Of a DNA stretch of 64,000 nucleotides, positions 9,348-19,659 are shown one piece after another. Origin of the DNA: Candidatus Oxydemutatoraceae bacterium (GTDB lineage Bacteria; Pseudomonadota; Gammaproteobacteria; Poriferisulfidales; Oxydemutatoraceae); NCBI GenBank assembly GCA_965218975.1, contig OZ244717.1, positions 1,344,001-1,408,000 on the forward strand, written 5' to 3'. Under the pieces are notes generated by a model, which was given only the letters and a program-made list of their open reading frames with translations, made no database searches and was not told the DNA's origin. Each line of letters begins with the position of its first letter. Position 1 is the first letter of the stretch. The position numbers and the translations under genes are program-made.

Positions 9348-9863
9348 ATGAGTGGGGCAGAAATCATGGAAAATAATGTGTCTCAGTTGCAAGAAATCGA
9401 AGACTTGGCGATTGAATGCTTGGCCGACGGTATACCGCTGAGTGTTATTAAGAACTATAGCGACGATGAAATTGAAGCGGTTTACAATGTTGCTTATAAC
9501 CTATATCAGCAGCATCAATACGAAGATGCAAAAAAGCTGTTTACTTTTTTAGTGTTGCACGAACATGCCGATAGCCGATTTTCTATTGGTTTGGGGGGAT
9601 GTTACCAATTGATGGGACAATACGACAAGGCAATCATAATCTATTCGACTGCCGCGGTTATTGATGCGACTAATCCGATGCCGGCGTTTCATGCGTGTGA
9701 ATGCTATATGGCGCTCAAAGATTGGGATAATGCCAAGAAAGCGGTGACTTCAATTGAGATAATTTGTGTGGCGACTGCTGATGAAGCGGATCATAGCGGA
9801 CTGCTTAAAAAAGTTGCGGCAATGTTTGATCTTATTGATGAACGTGCTGCGGGTTTGACTTAA
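9348..9863 (+). CDS. Second SycD/LcrH-family T3SS chaperone (BcrH2-like)
   Basis: EIEAVY.VAYNLYQQ..YEDAKKLF.FLVL.EH.DSRF.IGLGGC.Q and P.PAFHA.EC. Confidence 0.9.
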   Translation: MSGAEIMENNVSQLQEIEDLAIECLADGIPLSVIKNYSDDEIEAVYNVAYNLYQQHQYEDAKKLFTFLVLHEHADSRFSIGLGGCYQLMGQYDKAIIIYSTAAVIDATNPMPAFHACECYMALKDWDNAKKAVTSIEIICVATADEADHSGLLKKVAAMFDLIDERAAGLT

Positions 9864-9891
9864 AGTTCTTTGATGAAGAAGTGGAGCTGTA

Positions 9892-10359
9892 ATGAGCGCT
9901 GAGGCGATGCAGAATTTGTTGAAAGAGTTTGGCGATTTGATCGGTATTCCCGAGTTATGTTTGGATGAAGAGAATCGTTGCAATCTTATGTTTGACGATG
10001 TTGCGGTAAGTTTTGAATTGAATAGGGACGAGGAATCGTTTTATATGTATTCATATCTAGGCGATGCTTCCAGTGAAAATCGGGAAAGAGTTTATGCTAA
10101 GCTACTGGACGCCAATTATGTTTTTAAACATACTAATGGTGCGACATTAGGCGTAGAAGATGCCAGTAAGAAAATTATTTTAATTCGCCAATATGCATTG
10201 GAGATGATGCGTTTGTCGAAATTTGAATCCGTGGTGGAAGAATTTGTTAATCTGGCGGAATACTGGAAACAAAAAATACCGACACTTGCTTTGGCTCAGG
10301 AACAGGCGCCGTTTCCCGATGAAGGCGGAATTTCCGAAGCGCACGCGATGAAAGTATAA
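9892..10359 (+). CDS. T3SS class I effector chaperone (CesT/SicP/SycE family)
   Basis: Acidic 155 aa with LGI.EL.LDEEN.C.L.FDD, LL.AN......GATLG and F...VE.FVNLAEYW. Confidence 0.88.
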   Translation: MSAEAMQNLLKEFGDLIGIPELCLDEENRCNLMFDDVAVSFELNRDEESFYMYSYLGDASSENRERVYAKLLDANYVFKHTNGATLGVEDASKKIILIRQYALEMMRLSKFESVVEEFVNLAEYWKQKIPTLALAQEQAPFPDEGGISEAHAMKV

Positions 10360-10446
10360 AAGTTTATTTATACCCATCCGTTTGCTTTAATGCGGACACT
10401 GCAAGCTCGTCTTCCACATGCAATGAGAGTATAGGAGGTTATCTCA

Positions 10447-10689
10447 ATGTCAGTTCCAGCCCAATCCCATCTGACGATGGACCTTGAGAATGAATTAAAA
10501 GAAGATACCAGCGGAGAGTTCAAAAAGAAGCTGCACGACGGGTTTTCACAGCAAATTTCTGCGATTGACTCTCAACTGAAAAAAGGTGTGGCGCCGGATG
10601 AATATGCTTGTCTCAATACGATTATGCAGGGATTACAATCAGCAGATGTTGTGCTTGAGCGCATTTGGATCTATTACCACCATCAATGA
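10447..10689 (+). CDS. YscE/SsaE/EscE-family T3SS needle co-chaperone
   Basis: 80 aa with LE..L.ED, G..PDEY and C-terminal A..VL..IW..YH. AGGAGG SD. Confidence 0.75.
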   Translation: MSVPAQSHLTMDLENELKEDTSGEFKKKLHDGFSQQISAIDSQLKKGVAPDEYACLNTIMQGLQSADVVLERIWIYYHHQ

Positions 10690-10857
10690 TTGTTACCCTC
10701 GCTGTGTTTGCGTCGCGCATAGTGACAGACGGCATCCGATCATTTAGGCGAAAGGATGAACTTTCCCGCATGATGCCTGGTAGTCGGCGTCACCCACGAA
10801 CCGGATTTGTGGGCAATCGCATTTTTATTTTCCATTATTAAATATCAATACTGATTT

Positions 10858-13116
10858 ATGATTAATATCAAAAATTTTCAATCGGCTGTAGCTAGAGTAG
10901 GCGATCGCAATGCCGCTTTTAATCTGACGGTGGATAAGTCGGGTCTACGTGATACCGGCAACGGAATTGTGCGCTGGGTTAGAAGTATGAACACTTCGAG
11001 GAATCGCGAAGCATCGCGATTGTTTATTGATGCGCTAAGACAGTCTTATGGGGAACAGATTGCCAGCCGAGTGATTGATACATTGAGCTGGAACACAAGG
11101 CTGGAGCAAGGCAAACCATTGCGTTCAAGAAATATTAGAGAAGCTTTGGATCTTGCCGAAGAAATTAAAAATCGGTTTATTAAATCAAATGAAGGAATTG
11201 CATCAAACTATAATCGCCCTTTGGCAAGCGGTTCCGACACATCTTTACTACAGATAAAATTTGACCATATTGCCGAACGCTTGTTTGGTTCGGATGCAGC
11301 AGAGATAGCATCCATAAAAGCGCAAGTTGACTTTGGAGATCTTGGTCAAAAGATTAAAGAGGAGGTTAATTTTTCCGGCAAGAGCGGTCTGCGTTTTGTT
11401 ACTTCTGCTGAAGCCGATAAGCTTGCCGAGTCAGTCATATTGAAACAGGCGACACAAGCGTACCGTGCGATTCTGATGGATAGGATCGGTATCACTAAAA
11501 CGGACTCGTTGTCGCAGCAGCTTCTAGAAAAAATGAATTTTGATTCTGCGACCGGGCTTGTGGTTGATTTATCTAAATTAGAAGACAATATCGTGCAAGA
11601 AATTGACAGGCAGCTGATGGATAAACTGTCGGATGCCGTGTACCGCAAGCTGAATAAGGTTAAAAGTCAAGGTCTTGGTCTGGGCCCGTCCGTGGCGAAT
11701 GAAGAAGGCACACAGAGTGGTTTGACGATCGCGGTATCGTCTGAAGACTTAAAAACGATGGTTGATGATGTGGTCGGCAAGTTTGCTAGCGAACGGTTCG
11801 CGGCGGGTCAGGCAGCCCAACAATTGCCGGTTGATGATCCGGGAGTGAAGGCGCGGATGATGCAGCAGATACTCCATAGCAATATGCCGGCAAGCATGGT
11901 GCCGGCATTCGGTAAAGCTTATCCTCAACTTTCGGAACACTTCCTTAAATTAGATAAAGAACCGAAGCTTTCTTTACTTGACAAGGTGAAAGAGCAGCTT
12001 GAACCGGGGCATTTCCTTCAATCTGGCGCAGAGTTAGGGCTTTCCCAACAGGAATGGGAAAATGCTCTAATCGGAGTGCATGATGCGGTGATGAATGCGA
12101 TGAGTGATCAGAATCTTTCGGTTGAAAATAGAGATTCCGTTATGCGCACTTTTTGGCAGGTTTTTTTAACCGGTTGTGATGATGCGCAGTTGCGCGATAT
12201 CAGCAATCAGATGGACCGAGAAGGGTCGCCGCTTAGATCTTTCGGCGAAGGTGCGCATTATGCGCGGTATATTTTTACGCAAAGCAATACTTTCCAGAAA
12301 AACGAAAGTGTATACCAATCATCGGTTGAAACCGCTGGCGAGTATGATTTTTTATTAAACAATCTTGCTCAGCTTCTGCAAGATAAGGCGGGCATTTCAA
12401 GACCGCTGGTCGGAGTATCATCGAGAGAGATGCTTTCTGACGATACGATTAAAACGTTGCGTAATGCCGGTATCGAGTTGCCGGCGCCTAATCGAGTGGG
12501 CGCAGCAAATGACAACGTTCGTCTTTCTAATCGGGTTTTGGAAAAAATACAGGCGGATTTGTTGTCGCAAGCTCGTACTAATAAAACTGTTACCGACGAC
12601 GGAGTTTTGGGAGAATTTACTCGCGACCTTGGTCGCGCTACTTATCGTTTGCAAGGAAAAGATTTAGGTGCCGACTCGCAAGGAATCATAAATCAGCTGC
12701 GTGAATTTTGTACCGACGAATCCGGAAAATTGAATGAAGAGATGTTGCTGAAAATTTCCGAGTTCGCTTATCAGGCAACCGCCGGGATGTTGATGTCAAA
12801 TATTGCTCCGGGACGGGAACGTATGTCGCCGTTTCAATTTGTACCTCTTACGGATAACAGGCATCCTAGCGCTAGGATTGAGTATGATATCGACAAAAAT
12901 GCTCAAGGGGATATTAGCATCGGCATGAAGTTTTTTGGGCCGGCAACCGTATTGAACGGTATTGACCTCGAAACCAAAGAAGACGTTGATATTCTATTAG
13001 ATCAAGATACCAGTTATTTCAGGATGGCGATGGATATTTCTTTGGATGCACAAACTTTGGAGCCGGTGCTTGATAAGGCAAGTATGGGTTATGCATTCTA
13101 CCCGCAAGAAAGTTAA
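10858..13116 (+). CDS. Putative T3SS effector (752 aa) with SptP-like chaperone-binding N-terminus
   Basis: The N-terminal FIDALRQSYGEQIA...GKPLRSRNI resembles the SicP-binding region of SptP. The gene lies inside the T3SS cluster, and the rest of the protein is unrecognised. Confidence 0.65.
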   Translation: MINIKNFQSAVARVGDRNAAFNLTVDKSGLRDTGNGIVRWVRSMNTSRNREASRLFIDALRQSYGEQIASRVIDTLSWNTRLEQGKPLRSRNIREALDLAEEIKNRFIKSNEGIASNYNRPLASGSDTSLLQIKFDHIAERLFGSDAAEIASIKAQVDFGDLGQKIKEEVNFSGKSGLRFVTSAEADKLAESVILKQATQAYRAILMDRIGITKTDSLSQQLLEKMNFDSATGLVVDLSKLEDNIVQEIDRQLMDKLSDAVYRKLNKVKSQGLGLGPSVANEEGTQSGLTIAVSSEDLKTMVDDVVGKFASERFAAGQAAQQLPVDDPGVKARMMQQILHSNMPASMVPAFGKAYPQLSEHFLKLDKEPKLSLLDKVKEQLEPGHFLQSGAELGLSQQEWENALIGVHDAVMNAMSDQNLSVENRDSVMRTFWQVFLTGCDDAQLRDISNQMDREGSPLRSFGEGAHYARYIFTQSNTFQKNESVYQSSVETAGEYDFLLNNLAQLLQDKAGISRPLVGVSSREMLSDDTIKTLRNAGIELPAPNRVGAANDNVRLSNRVLEKIQADLLSQARTNKTVTDDGVLGEFTRDLGRATYRLQGKDLGADSQGIINQLREFCTDESGKLNEEMLLKISEFAYQATAGMLMSNIAPGRERMSPFQFVPLTDNRHPSARIEYDIDKNAQGDISIGMKFFGPATVLNGIDLETKEDVDILLDQDTSYFRMAMDISLDAQTLEPVLDKASMGYAFYPQES

Positions 13117-13128
13117 GGTTGATTAACG

Positions 13129-14832
13129 TTGGCAGGCTTGCTAAAGATGCCTACGGACAGGATAATCAGATTAATTACAAGTGTACTGCTGGTTGGTGCG
13201 TTGAACGTTGCGGTGTCGGATTCGGCATGGCTGGATAAAAAGTATGGCTACTTTGCTCGAGAGGAATCTCTACGTAGTTTACTCTACGATTTTGCCTCAA
13301 GTGTTTCAATTCCGGCAATTATTAGCTCGAAAATCAATGCTTCGATCAGTGGAAATTTTCCGATCATTCGCGCTGAAGATTTTTTGACCGACCTTGCAAA
13401 AACTTACGACTTATCATGGATTTATGACGGCACGACTTTATATGTTTATGAGGCAACCGAAATAGAGCAAAAAACTATTGATTTGGCATATCCTTTGGTA
13501 AGGAAGTTTCAGGATTATATGGCCGAGGTGGATATTCAAGGTGTTCCGCTGAATTGGAAAGCCATACCGACTCAAAACGTTTTGCAAGTATCCGGTCCGC
13601 CACGTTTTGTCGCTTTAGTGACGGAGGTAGTTGCCCGACTTGGAGATCAAGATATTGAGCCGCCGGTCGTCAGTGACGACGGATATACCGTTCGTGTATT
13701 TCATATCGAATACGGTTATGTCGATAAAGCCGGCAACAATGCTTCCGGAAATAAGACGCCTATTATTAGTCTCGCCGAAATGCTTGGAAATATTATGAAT
13801 GTCGCGCATATCTCCAAGGTGGTCGGTAGCGGCGTCGGGGCTGAAACGAGAAAGTTTCGCGGTACAGGTTTGGTCGGAAAGAACACGGATGAGCAGACGG
13901 CGGCCCCCATACCTGAGAGTCAGGTTGCCGGGATTCGTGAAAATGAAGCTTATATCATCGGCGATCCTCGTTTAAATGCTATCATTGTGCGCGATCGTGA
14001 GGACAGAATACCCACTTATGAGCGGTTGATACAAGAACTGGATAAGCCTTTGGATCAGATTGAAATTGAAGTTTCAATATTTGACATTGATGCGACCGAA
14101 GCGCAAAACTTAGGGTTTGATTGGGAAATTCGTAATACCGGCCCCGGATTTGTTTATAACACAACTTTGAGCCCTTCTGAAATTAGCGGCTTTATTGTTC
14201 GTGTATCTGCACTGCAAAGTAAGGGAAAAGGCCGAATTTTATCGCGTCCGTCAGTATTGACACTAGATAACCACGAGGCATTGTTTCAGAACAATCAAAC
14301 TTTTTATGTGCGCTTGGGTTCTCCCGATGATGGTTCCGAAGGTGCGGCGGTTGATTTAGTTCCGGTCTCTTACGGCTCGGTGATAAAAGTCCGTCCGCAT
14401 GTGATTTATGGAAGCGATGAACGTAAAATCCAGATGGCAATTCATGTTGAAGACGGGCGCAGATCTGAAAGTACGGATTTAGTATCAGGATTGCCTGAAG
14501 TCGCCCAAAACGTGATTCAAACGCAAGCGGTGATACGCGAAGGGCAAAGTTTGTTGATCGGAGGATACAATGTTCGCGAACGTGTTCTGAGCGAACGGCG
14601 TATTCCGTTGTTGGGTTATGTTCCAATATTGGGTTTCTTTTTTACAAACACGAGTGAGAGTGATGTTTCAGCCGCGCGTTATTTCATGATTACCCCGAGA
14701 ATTATCGATACTTCTATCAATTTTGAAATTACGACCGGTTTTGAAGATGAGGATAATGAAGTAATCAATGCAGTGAAGGAAGAAGCTGTAGGTAAGCCGG
14801 ATATTAAGCGCTCGTATTCCGGGCCGCCATAA
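13129..14832 (+). CDS. sctC: T3SS outer-membrane secretin SctC (YscC/HrcC family)
   Basis: Signal peptide, W....Y.Y.A.EESLR.LL.DFA, YDL.W.YDGT.LYVY, VSGPPRFV, DPRLNAIIVRD, SRPSVLTLDN.EA and GQSLLIGG..IPLLG.VPILG.FF. Confidence 0.95.
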   Translation: MAGLLKMPTDRIIRLITSVLLVGALNVAVSDSAWLDKKYGYFAREESLRSLLYDFASSVSIPAIISSKINASISGNFPIIRAEDFLTDLAKTYDLSWIYDGTTLYVYEATEIEQKTIDLAYPLVRKFQDYMAEVDIQGVPLNWKAIPTQNVLQVSGPPRFVALVTEVVARLGDQDIEPPVVSDDGYTVRVFHIEYGYVDKAGNNASGNKTPIISLAEMLGNIMNVAHISKVVGSGVGAETRKFRGTGLVGKNTDEQTAAPIPESQVAGIRENEAYIIGDPRLNAIIVRDREDRIPTYERLIQELDKPLDQIEIEVSIFDIDATEAQNLGFDWEIRNTGPGFVYNTTLSPSEISGFIVRVSALQSKGKGRILSRPSVLTLDNHEALFQNNQTFYVRLGSPDDGSEGAAVDLVPVSYGSVIKVRPHVIYGSDERKIQMAIHVEDGRRSESTDLVSGLPEVAQNVIQTQAVIREGQSLLIGGYNVRERVLSERRIPLLGYVPILGFFFTNTSESDVSAARYFMITPRIIDTSINFEITTGFEDEDNEVINAVKEEAVGKPDIKRSYSGPP

Positions 14833-15144
14833 AATTTACTTGTTGCCGTTGGCTTTTATCCGTACCGGAGTAACGGTGATGATCTGCATAAATCTCTATT
14901 TTTGTGGGAATTTGAGGAGGGCATTATTGCGAGGAAGAGTTTATGTAGCGGAATTTTTCGCAGCGACTTTCGTTTTTTTCCGTTTTCATTCTTGAGGAGA
15001 CAGATTATTGGTAAAGACAAAGTGAATAAATTTTTATTCCGGTCGAGGCAAAGGAAGAGGGCGTTTTATATGGCTCTGCAAACGGTATATTGATTATAGT
15101 ACAATTTATTTATCAGTTCAGCTCATCGAGATAGGAGGTATATT

Positions 15145-17771
15145 ATGGGACTTTTTGGTGAAGTGAGAAATACCGGCAGCGTATCCGATACTTCTCGGAC
15201 CACTGCGCAAACGCCGGTTAAAGGTAAGCTCCAAGGTAAAACTGTGACTATCGGCGGTGACCATACGCTGACTACGCCGGTGGATGATCATGCTGAAAAC
15301 GTGTTATCAAACAGCGCCAACAGTACAGTTAGGGAACGAGAAGTTACTCAGGGAGTTAGTCAAGAATTGGTCAAACAATTATCGCTGGGCGAGATTGAAA
15401 AAATATCCAATTATTTAACGAATCATGTCGTAAAAGGAGATATTCCGCGTGATTTGTTGCCGGATTTTGAAGAGGCAATTTTGTATGCCAAACGTGCGGA
15501 TGAGGAGATTTCTCGTGCTGCCGTTTTGCTTGGTAAATCCGATGATTACGAATCTTTGAGCGCAGATGAGCAAGCGGAAGTGCAAGCGTTGATGGGGTCA
15601 AGTAAATACAACCTTTCGTTGATCCAAGGCTGGTTGATGGAAAAAAGAATACAACTGGCGGAAAATAATCAACTGTCGCATGTGACAGATACATTAATCC
15701 AAAGCTTGCAGCAGCGTTTTGCCGACCGGCATATGGACGCGGCAGACTTGATTTCACTTTTCGATTTAGATGAAATGCCGCCGGAAGCCGTTAGTCGCAG
15801 CGACAGAATCAATTCACATTTGTTACAGGCAGATGCCGCACTGATGATTGCGCGCCAACTGTCGGTGGCCGGATTGGCGGGACCCGCAAAATCGGCGATT
15901 ATCAAAATTCTCGAAGAGCATCAGAGCACTTTATCGCAGGCAAAAACGGTTAGCGAGTACAACGTCACGACATCAAAGCCGCCGACCGAATTGTCGCTCG
16001 CGGCAAAAGAGATATGGGATACCCCGTTTGCAATGGTTTCGGCAAAAAAAGGTAAAAAAGACAGTATTGCACAGCTCAAGGCACACTGGAATGACAAAGC
16101 CCAGAATGGCAGTGCGGCGAAGAAGCGTTGGTTGCCACTGGCGCACGCTAAAGTCGGTCAAGCCCGTATGCTGCAAGAATTTATTCGGCATCAACTGTTG
16201 GCGGCAGGCGTTGCAAAAAAAGATTTGCCTGATTTGAAATTTATGTTTCATCAAGCGCATAATCAGACACTTAACCGGCAGCCTTGGGACCCAATCCGTA
16301 AGCAAGTGCGCTACGATTTAGTGTCAACTGATCACCTGAATTCTTGGCCCGCTAGAGGAGTTGCGGAAAGTTCCATTACTCCGGCAAAAGCGTTTGCGCA
16401 ACATTTCGCGCAAGATTATCCGTTGAACGGGATCAACTGTGCCGACCGTTTACAGTATCAGCATGTTCCGAATCTTGCACATACTCAAGCCAGCGATGAA
16501 AACGGTCAGGTTTTATTTTCCGGGTTGCGGCATGGTGTTTTGGATGCATACGATTTGACCGGGAAAAATTTGCAAAAATTACCCGACGCGACTCTTCGGT
16601 CAATGATTAGTGATTTACTTGTTCGCGACGGTGCGATTACCCCTCCCGAAGGGAACACACGTGATGAAATGATCAATAGTATTTTCGGTTTAATCCGAAA
16701 TGATCCGAGTTCCGCTACCGAATATGCAAACCTGATGCGGGTTGAAGCAAGCAAAAATATGGCTCAAGAAATAGCGGTTGCCGCGCTGGTTGCAGACCCC
16801 GACAAGTTTCAAAATGCGCTTGACGGCGAGACTGTCACGTTAAATTTAAGCTCTATTTCATTGTTGACACCGGATCATTTACGTCCGTTGATCAAAGGGG
16901 GAAGCAGCAGTAATGAAAGAGCAATGTTGGAAACGCAAACATCCGCTTTACTCGGTTTGAGCAAAGATAAGCCCGCAACGTTGACAGTGCGTGACACCCA
17001 GGGGAATACTCAGACGGTACGTGCGAATATTAACGTTAGAACATTTAACTTCGGCGTCAACGGTGGTGCAGTCGGTAGAATGATGAAAATTCCGTCCCAA
17101 ACCCCCGTATGGCGAAATTTTATGGGGTGGGGATTTGCAATGGATAGCAATAATCCTGAGCTTGCTGAATTAGTCGGACCCGCAAATAACAAGGAAGTGA
17201 GCGGGCATGTCCGCCAAAAACTGGACCGAATGATGGCGCAAAACGGCAGTTACAAAGTGATTTGACGCAGATGACCGGTCAATCTGCCGTGGACCGGGGG
17301 AGGATTTCGGAGAGTATTGCCCGCTTGGATAAAGATATGGGGAAACTCACCTATGCTGCGAGTCAGCTCAAAGAAATTTGGCGCGAGGGATCATTTATGG
17401 CCGGTGATCGTGAACCCTATAAAATGGTATCTCGATTAGCTTTGGTTGCTCATCTGATGGGTGAAACACCGCTATTTAACTGCAAGAGCGGTAAGGACCG
17501 TACCGGGCAGCTGGATGCCGAGGTGAAATGCCTCGCTGCCTTTGCCGAGAAAAACGGTTATATCCCGGCGCCGGAATCGCAACCACCGGGGTTGCGCCGG
17601 ATGCGTAGTCAATTCACTTTAGGTTCCGGGAATCTTGAAATGCAAAGAATCAATACCGGATTACCCGGCTATAAATTGAAGCGCAGTGAAGTGCCGGGGC
17701 TCGCAAATATGGTGGCGGACGAGGCATTGGAACCCATTTATCGAGGAGGGTCCGATCATATAGCCGCTTAA
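15145..17771 (+). pseudogene. SopB/IpgD-family inositol-phosphate phosphatase effector split by a 1-nt frameshift (ORFs 15145-17265 and 17262-17771)
   Basis: The upstream ORF has H.PNL, LF.G.RHGV, SISLLTP and FNFGVN. The downstream ORF has EPYK..RLA, catalytic NCKSGKDRTG (Cys codon at 17481) and SGNLEMQR.NTG.PG.K. Adding one A to the A4 run at 17240-17243 fuses them into 875 aa. Confidence 0.85.
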
Positions 17772-17801
17772 GGTTTTTTATAATTTAGTGAGGAAGCCGT
17801 T

Positions 17802-19256
17802 ATGTCGCGAATACGACTGCAGAATTTTGAAAATATCGCTCGCGGAAATAGGAACGCAACTGTTCGGTTAGATATAAAAACAGGGCAGTTGAGAGTGCGC
17901 AATGATAACTTTTTTAATCGGGTTATCAGTTGGTTCCAGAGCAAATTTGGCTCCCAATCTCAACCTTTGGGCGCTTCGGAGCGGAATGCTGAAAGTTATG
18001 CCGCTTATAATACTTTTCTTCGCGCGATTGGCGACGATTTTTATTCTCCGAAGGATATTCAAGGTATAGAGGCGCAATTCAATGCGGATACTTTTCTTGA
18101 AAAAGATCTTTCCTCGCGTTCTATTCGGCAAGTGATTGACAAGTTGCATCGAACGGATTGCTCCGTGCGACGTTCGATTGTTATGGCAGCATATTTTCTA
18201 TCGGGACGCAAAGACGTTGAAGGTGACGTGGTTAGCTCTTATTTCTCACGTACTCTCAAGGAGAAAATTTCTGAAAAACCCGCTTTGATGGAGGCAGGTT
18301 ATGTAATGGAGGAAGAATGTAAGCAAGAATTAAGTCAACGTATTTTTGACGCAGTGATGGAAAAAGCGGATAACGTCGATGGTGGAAAATTGGGGATGTC
18401 GATGCCAGAGCAATCAATGGATGAATGGCATGCCATTGCTGAGAAACTAATGGATGAGACTTTGGAAAAAGAAGAGCTCAAGTTGCTTGATAAGTCAGAG
18501 CGGAGTCAAGAAGCAGATGGCACGAGTGCAAGCGCGCGCGAGGAACCTTCTCAAGCAGATTTTTCCAAGCTACTCAGTGAAGCGAAGATTCCTGCCAGAA
18601 AAGAAGTTCAAAAAGAATTACACGCAATTGTTCAAAATGCTGCCGGTGAAGTTGATGTCGCCGCGGTAGTCAATCAGCATACGGGCGCATGGGTAGAGAA
18701 AAATCGCCTGTCGGATTGGTACCATGATGCGGTTCCGGATAGGATGAAAGGCCATTCGGTGCCGCAGCAGCTCGAGGAACAAGTAAAGCAATCGCTTCAG
18801 GCGCATAAACAAGTTGTGCCTTATGAACAAGCAAAAGCGGAAGTCAAGGCAATTGTGCAAAATTATGTTGAGACTTATGATGAGAGAGCATCATTGCCGG
18901 AAACATTGCAAGCTCAGATGTCCGCGGCAAAATTGCCTAACGAAGTGCATCAGGAAGTGACGGTTTTGATTAAAGACGGCACAATCACCGATAAAGAGAG
19001 TCTTGCCGAACATGGAAATCGCAATTTGGCGGATTGGGTGGCAGCGAATCGTGTCGGGAAATGGTATCGCGAACGGCTATTGCAAGAGGAGGTGCAACTT
19101 GGCGATGCTTTGGTTATCCCGACAAAATTGTCTCAAGCAGTTTCGGACGCTATTATTCAACATCCTAAATTGTGGTCGTATGATTCATTGAAAGTTCATG
19201 TTCGTCGAATCGTGAACGATTATGCCGAAAGGTATGATGTCGGAACCAGAGTGTAG
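17802..19256 (+). CDS. Putative T3SS effector (484 aa) with SptP-like N-terminus and two C-terminal repeats
   Basis: The N-terminus (FFNRVISWF...FLRAI...LSSRSIRQV) parallels that of the 752-aa ORF. There is an internal duplication WV..NR...WY. GAGGA SD. Confidence 0.65.
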   Translation: MSRIRLQNFENIARGNRNATVRLDIKTGQLRVRNDNFFNRVISWFQSKFGSQSQPLGASERNAESYAAYNTFLRAIGDDFYSPKDIQGIEAQFNADTFLEKDLSSRSIRQVIDKLHRTDCSVRRSIVMAAYFLSGRKDVEGDVVSSYFSRTLKEKISEKPALMEAGYVMEEECKQELSQRIFDAVMEKADNVDGGKLGMSMPEQSMDEWHAIAEKLMDETLEKEELKLLDKSERSQEADGTSASAREEPSQADFSKLLSEAKIPARKEVQKELHAIVQNAAGEVDVAAVVNQHTGAWVEKNRLSDWYHDAVPDRMKGHSVPQQLEEQVKQSLQAHKQVVPYEQAKAEVKAIVQNYVETYDERASLPETLQAQMSAAKLPNEVHQEVTVLIKDGTITDKESLAEHGNRNLADWVAANRVGKWYRERLLQEEVQLGDALVIPTKLSQAVSDAIIQHPKLWSYDSLKVHVRRIVNDYAERYDVGTRV

Positions 19257-19283
19257 CCAGATTTTAATTTTAATAAATCAGAG

Positions 19284-19580
19284 TGCATAAGCTCAGAAAC
19301 ATTTGGCACTCCTGCCGACCGAAGGAGAAGCCGTGCAAATCCGACATATAGGCTATCGAATCCGGGGGTTTTACCGGGTCGCTAAAATCGAGCATCGCTG
19401 GGACACGATGGCTTACGATGTAAAATAACGACTCAAAATTTCCACCTTATAGGAAAAGCATGGCATGGCCGCTGCCTGCGATGCGTTTAAGATCAGCCGC
19501 CGTACTTTGTATTGGTGGCGGCAGACCTTGAGAGAGGCGGATACAACGCAGCGGCACTGGCGCCGAGTGCAGCGCCGGCC
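19284..19580 (+). mobile_element. IS481-family transposase fragments (end sequence plus degenerate N-terminal HTH)
   Basis: ACATTTGGCACTCC is shared with the 48186 end. The sequence translates to (M)QIRHIGYRIRGFY...AACDAFKISRRTLYWWR with a stop and frameshifts, and is homologous to 39780-39990. Confidence 0.7.
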
Positions 19581-19659
19581 TCGATGTCCTTGTCGGGTTG
19601 TTCGCCGCTGAAAACCGATCGGTTTTCCGGGCGCGTCTCACCCTGCACCGGGTCGGGTC

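Noticed and set aside
10686-10841. 51-codon ORF overlapping the yscE-like stop (possible needle gene) and nearby hairpins
   Set aside because: The sequence does not resemble SctF or SctG, and I recognise no RNA family. The evidence is insufficient.
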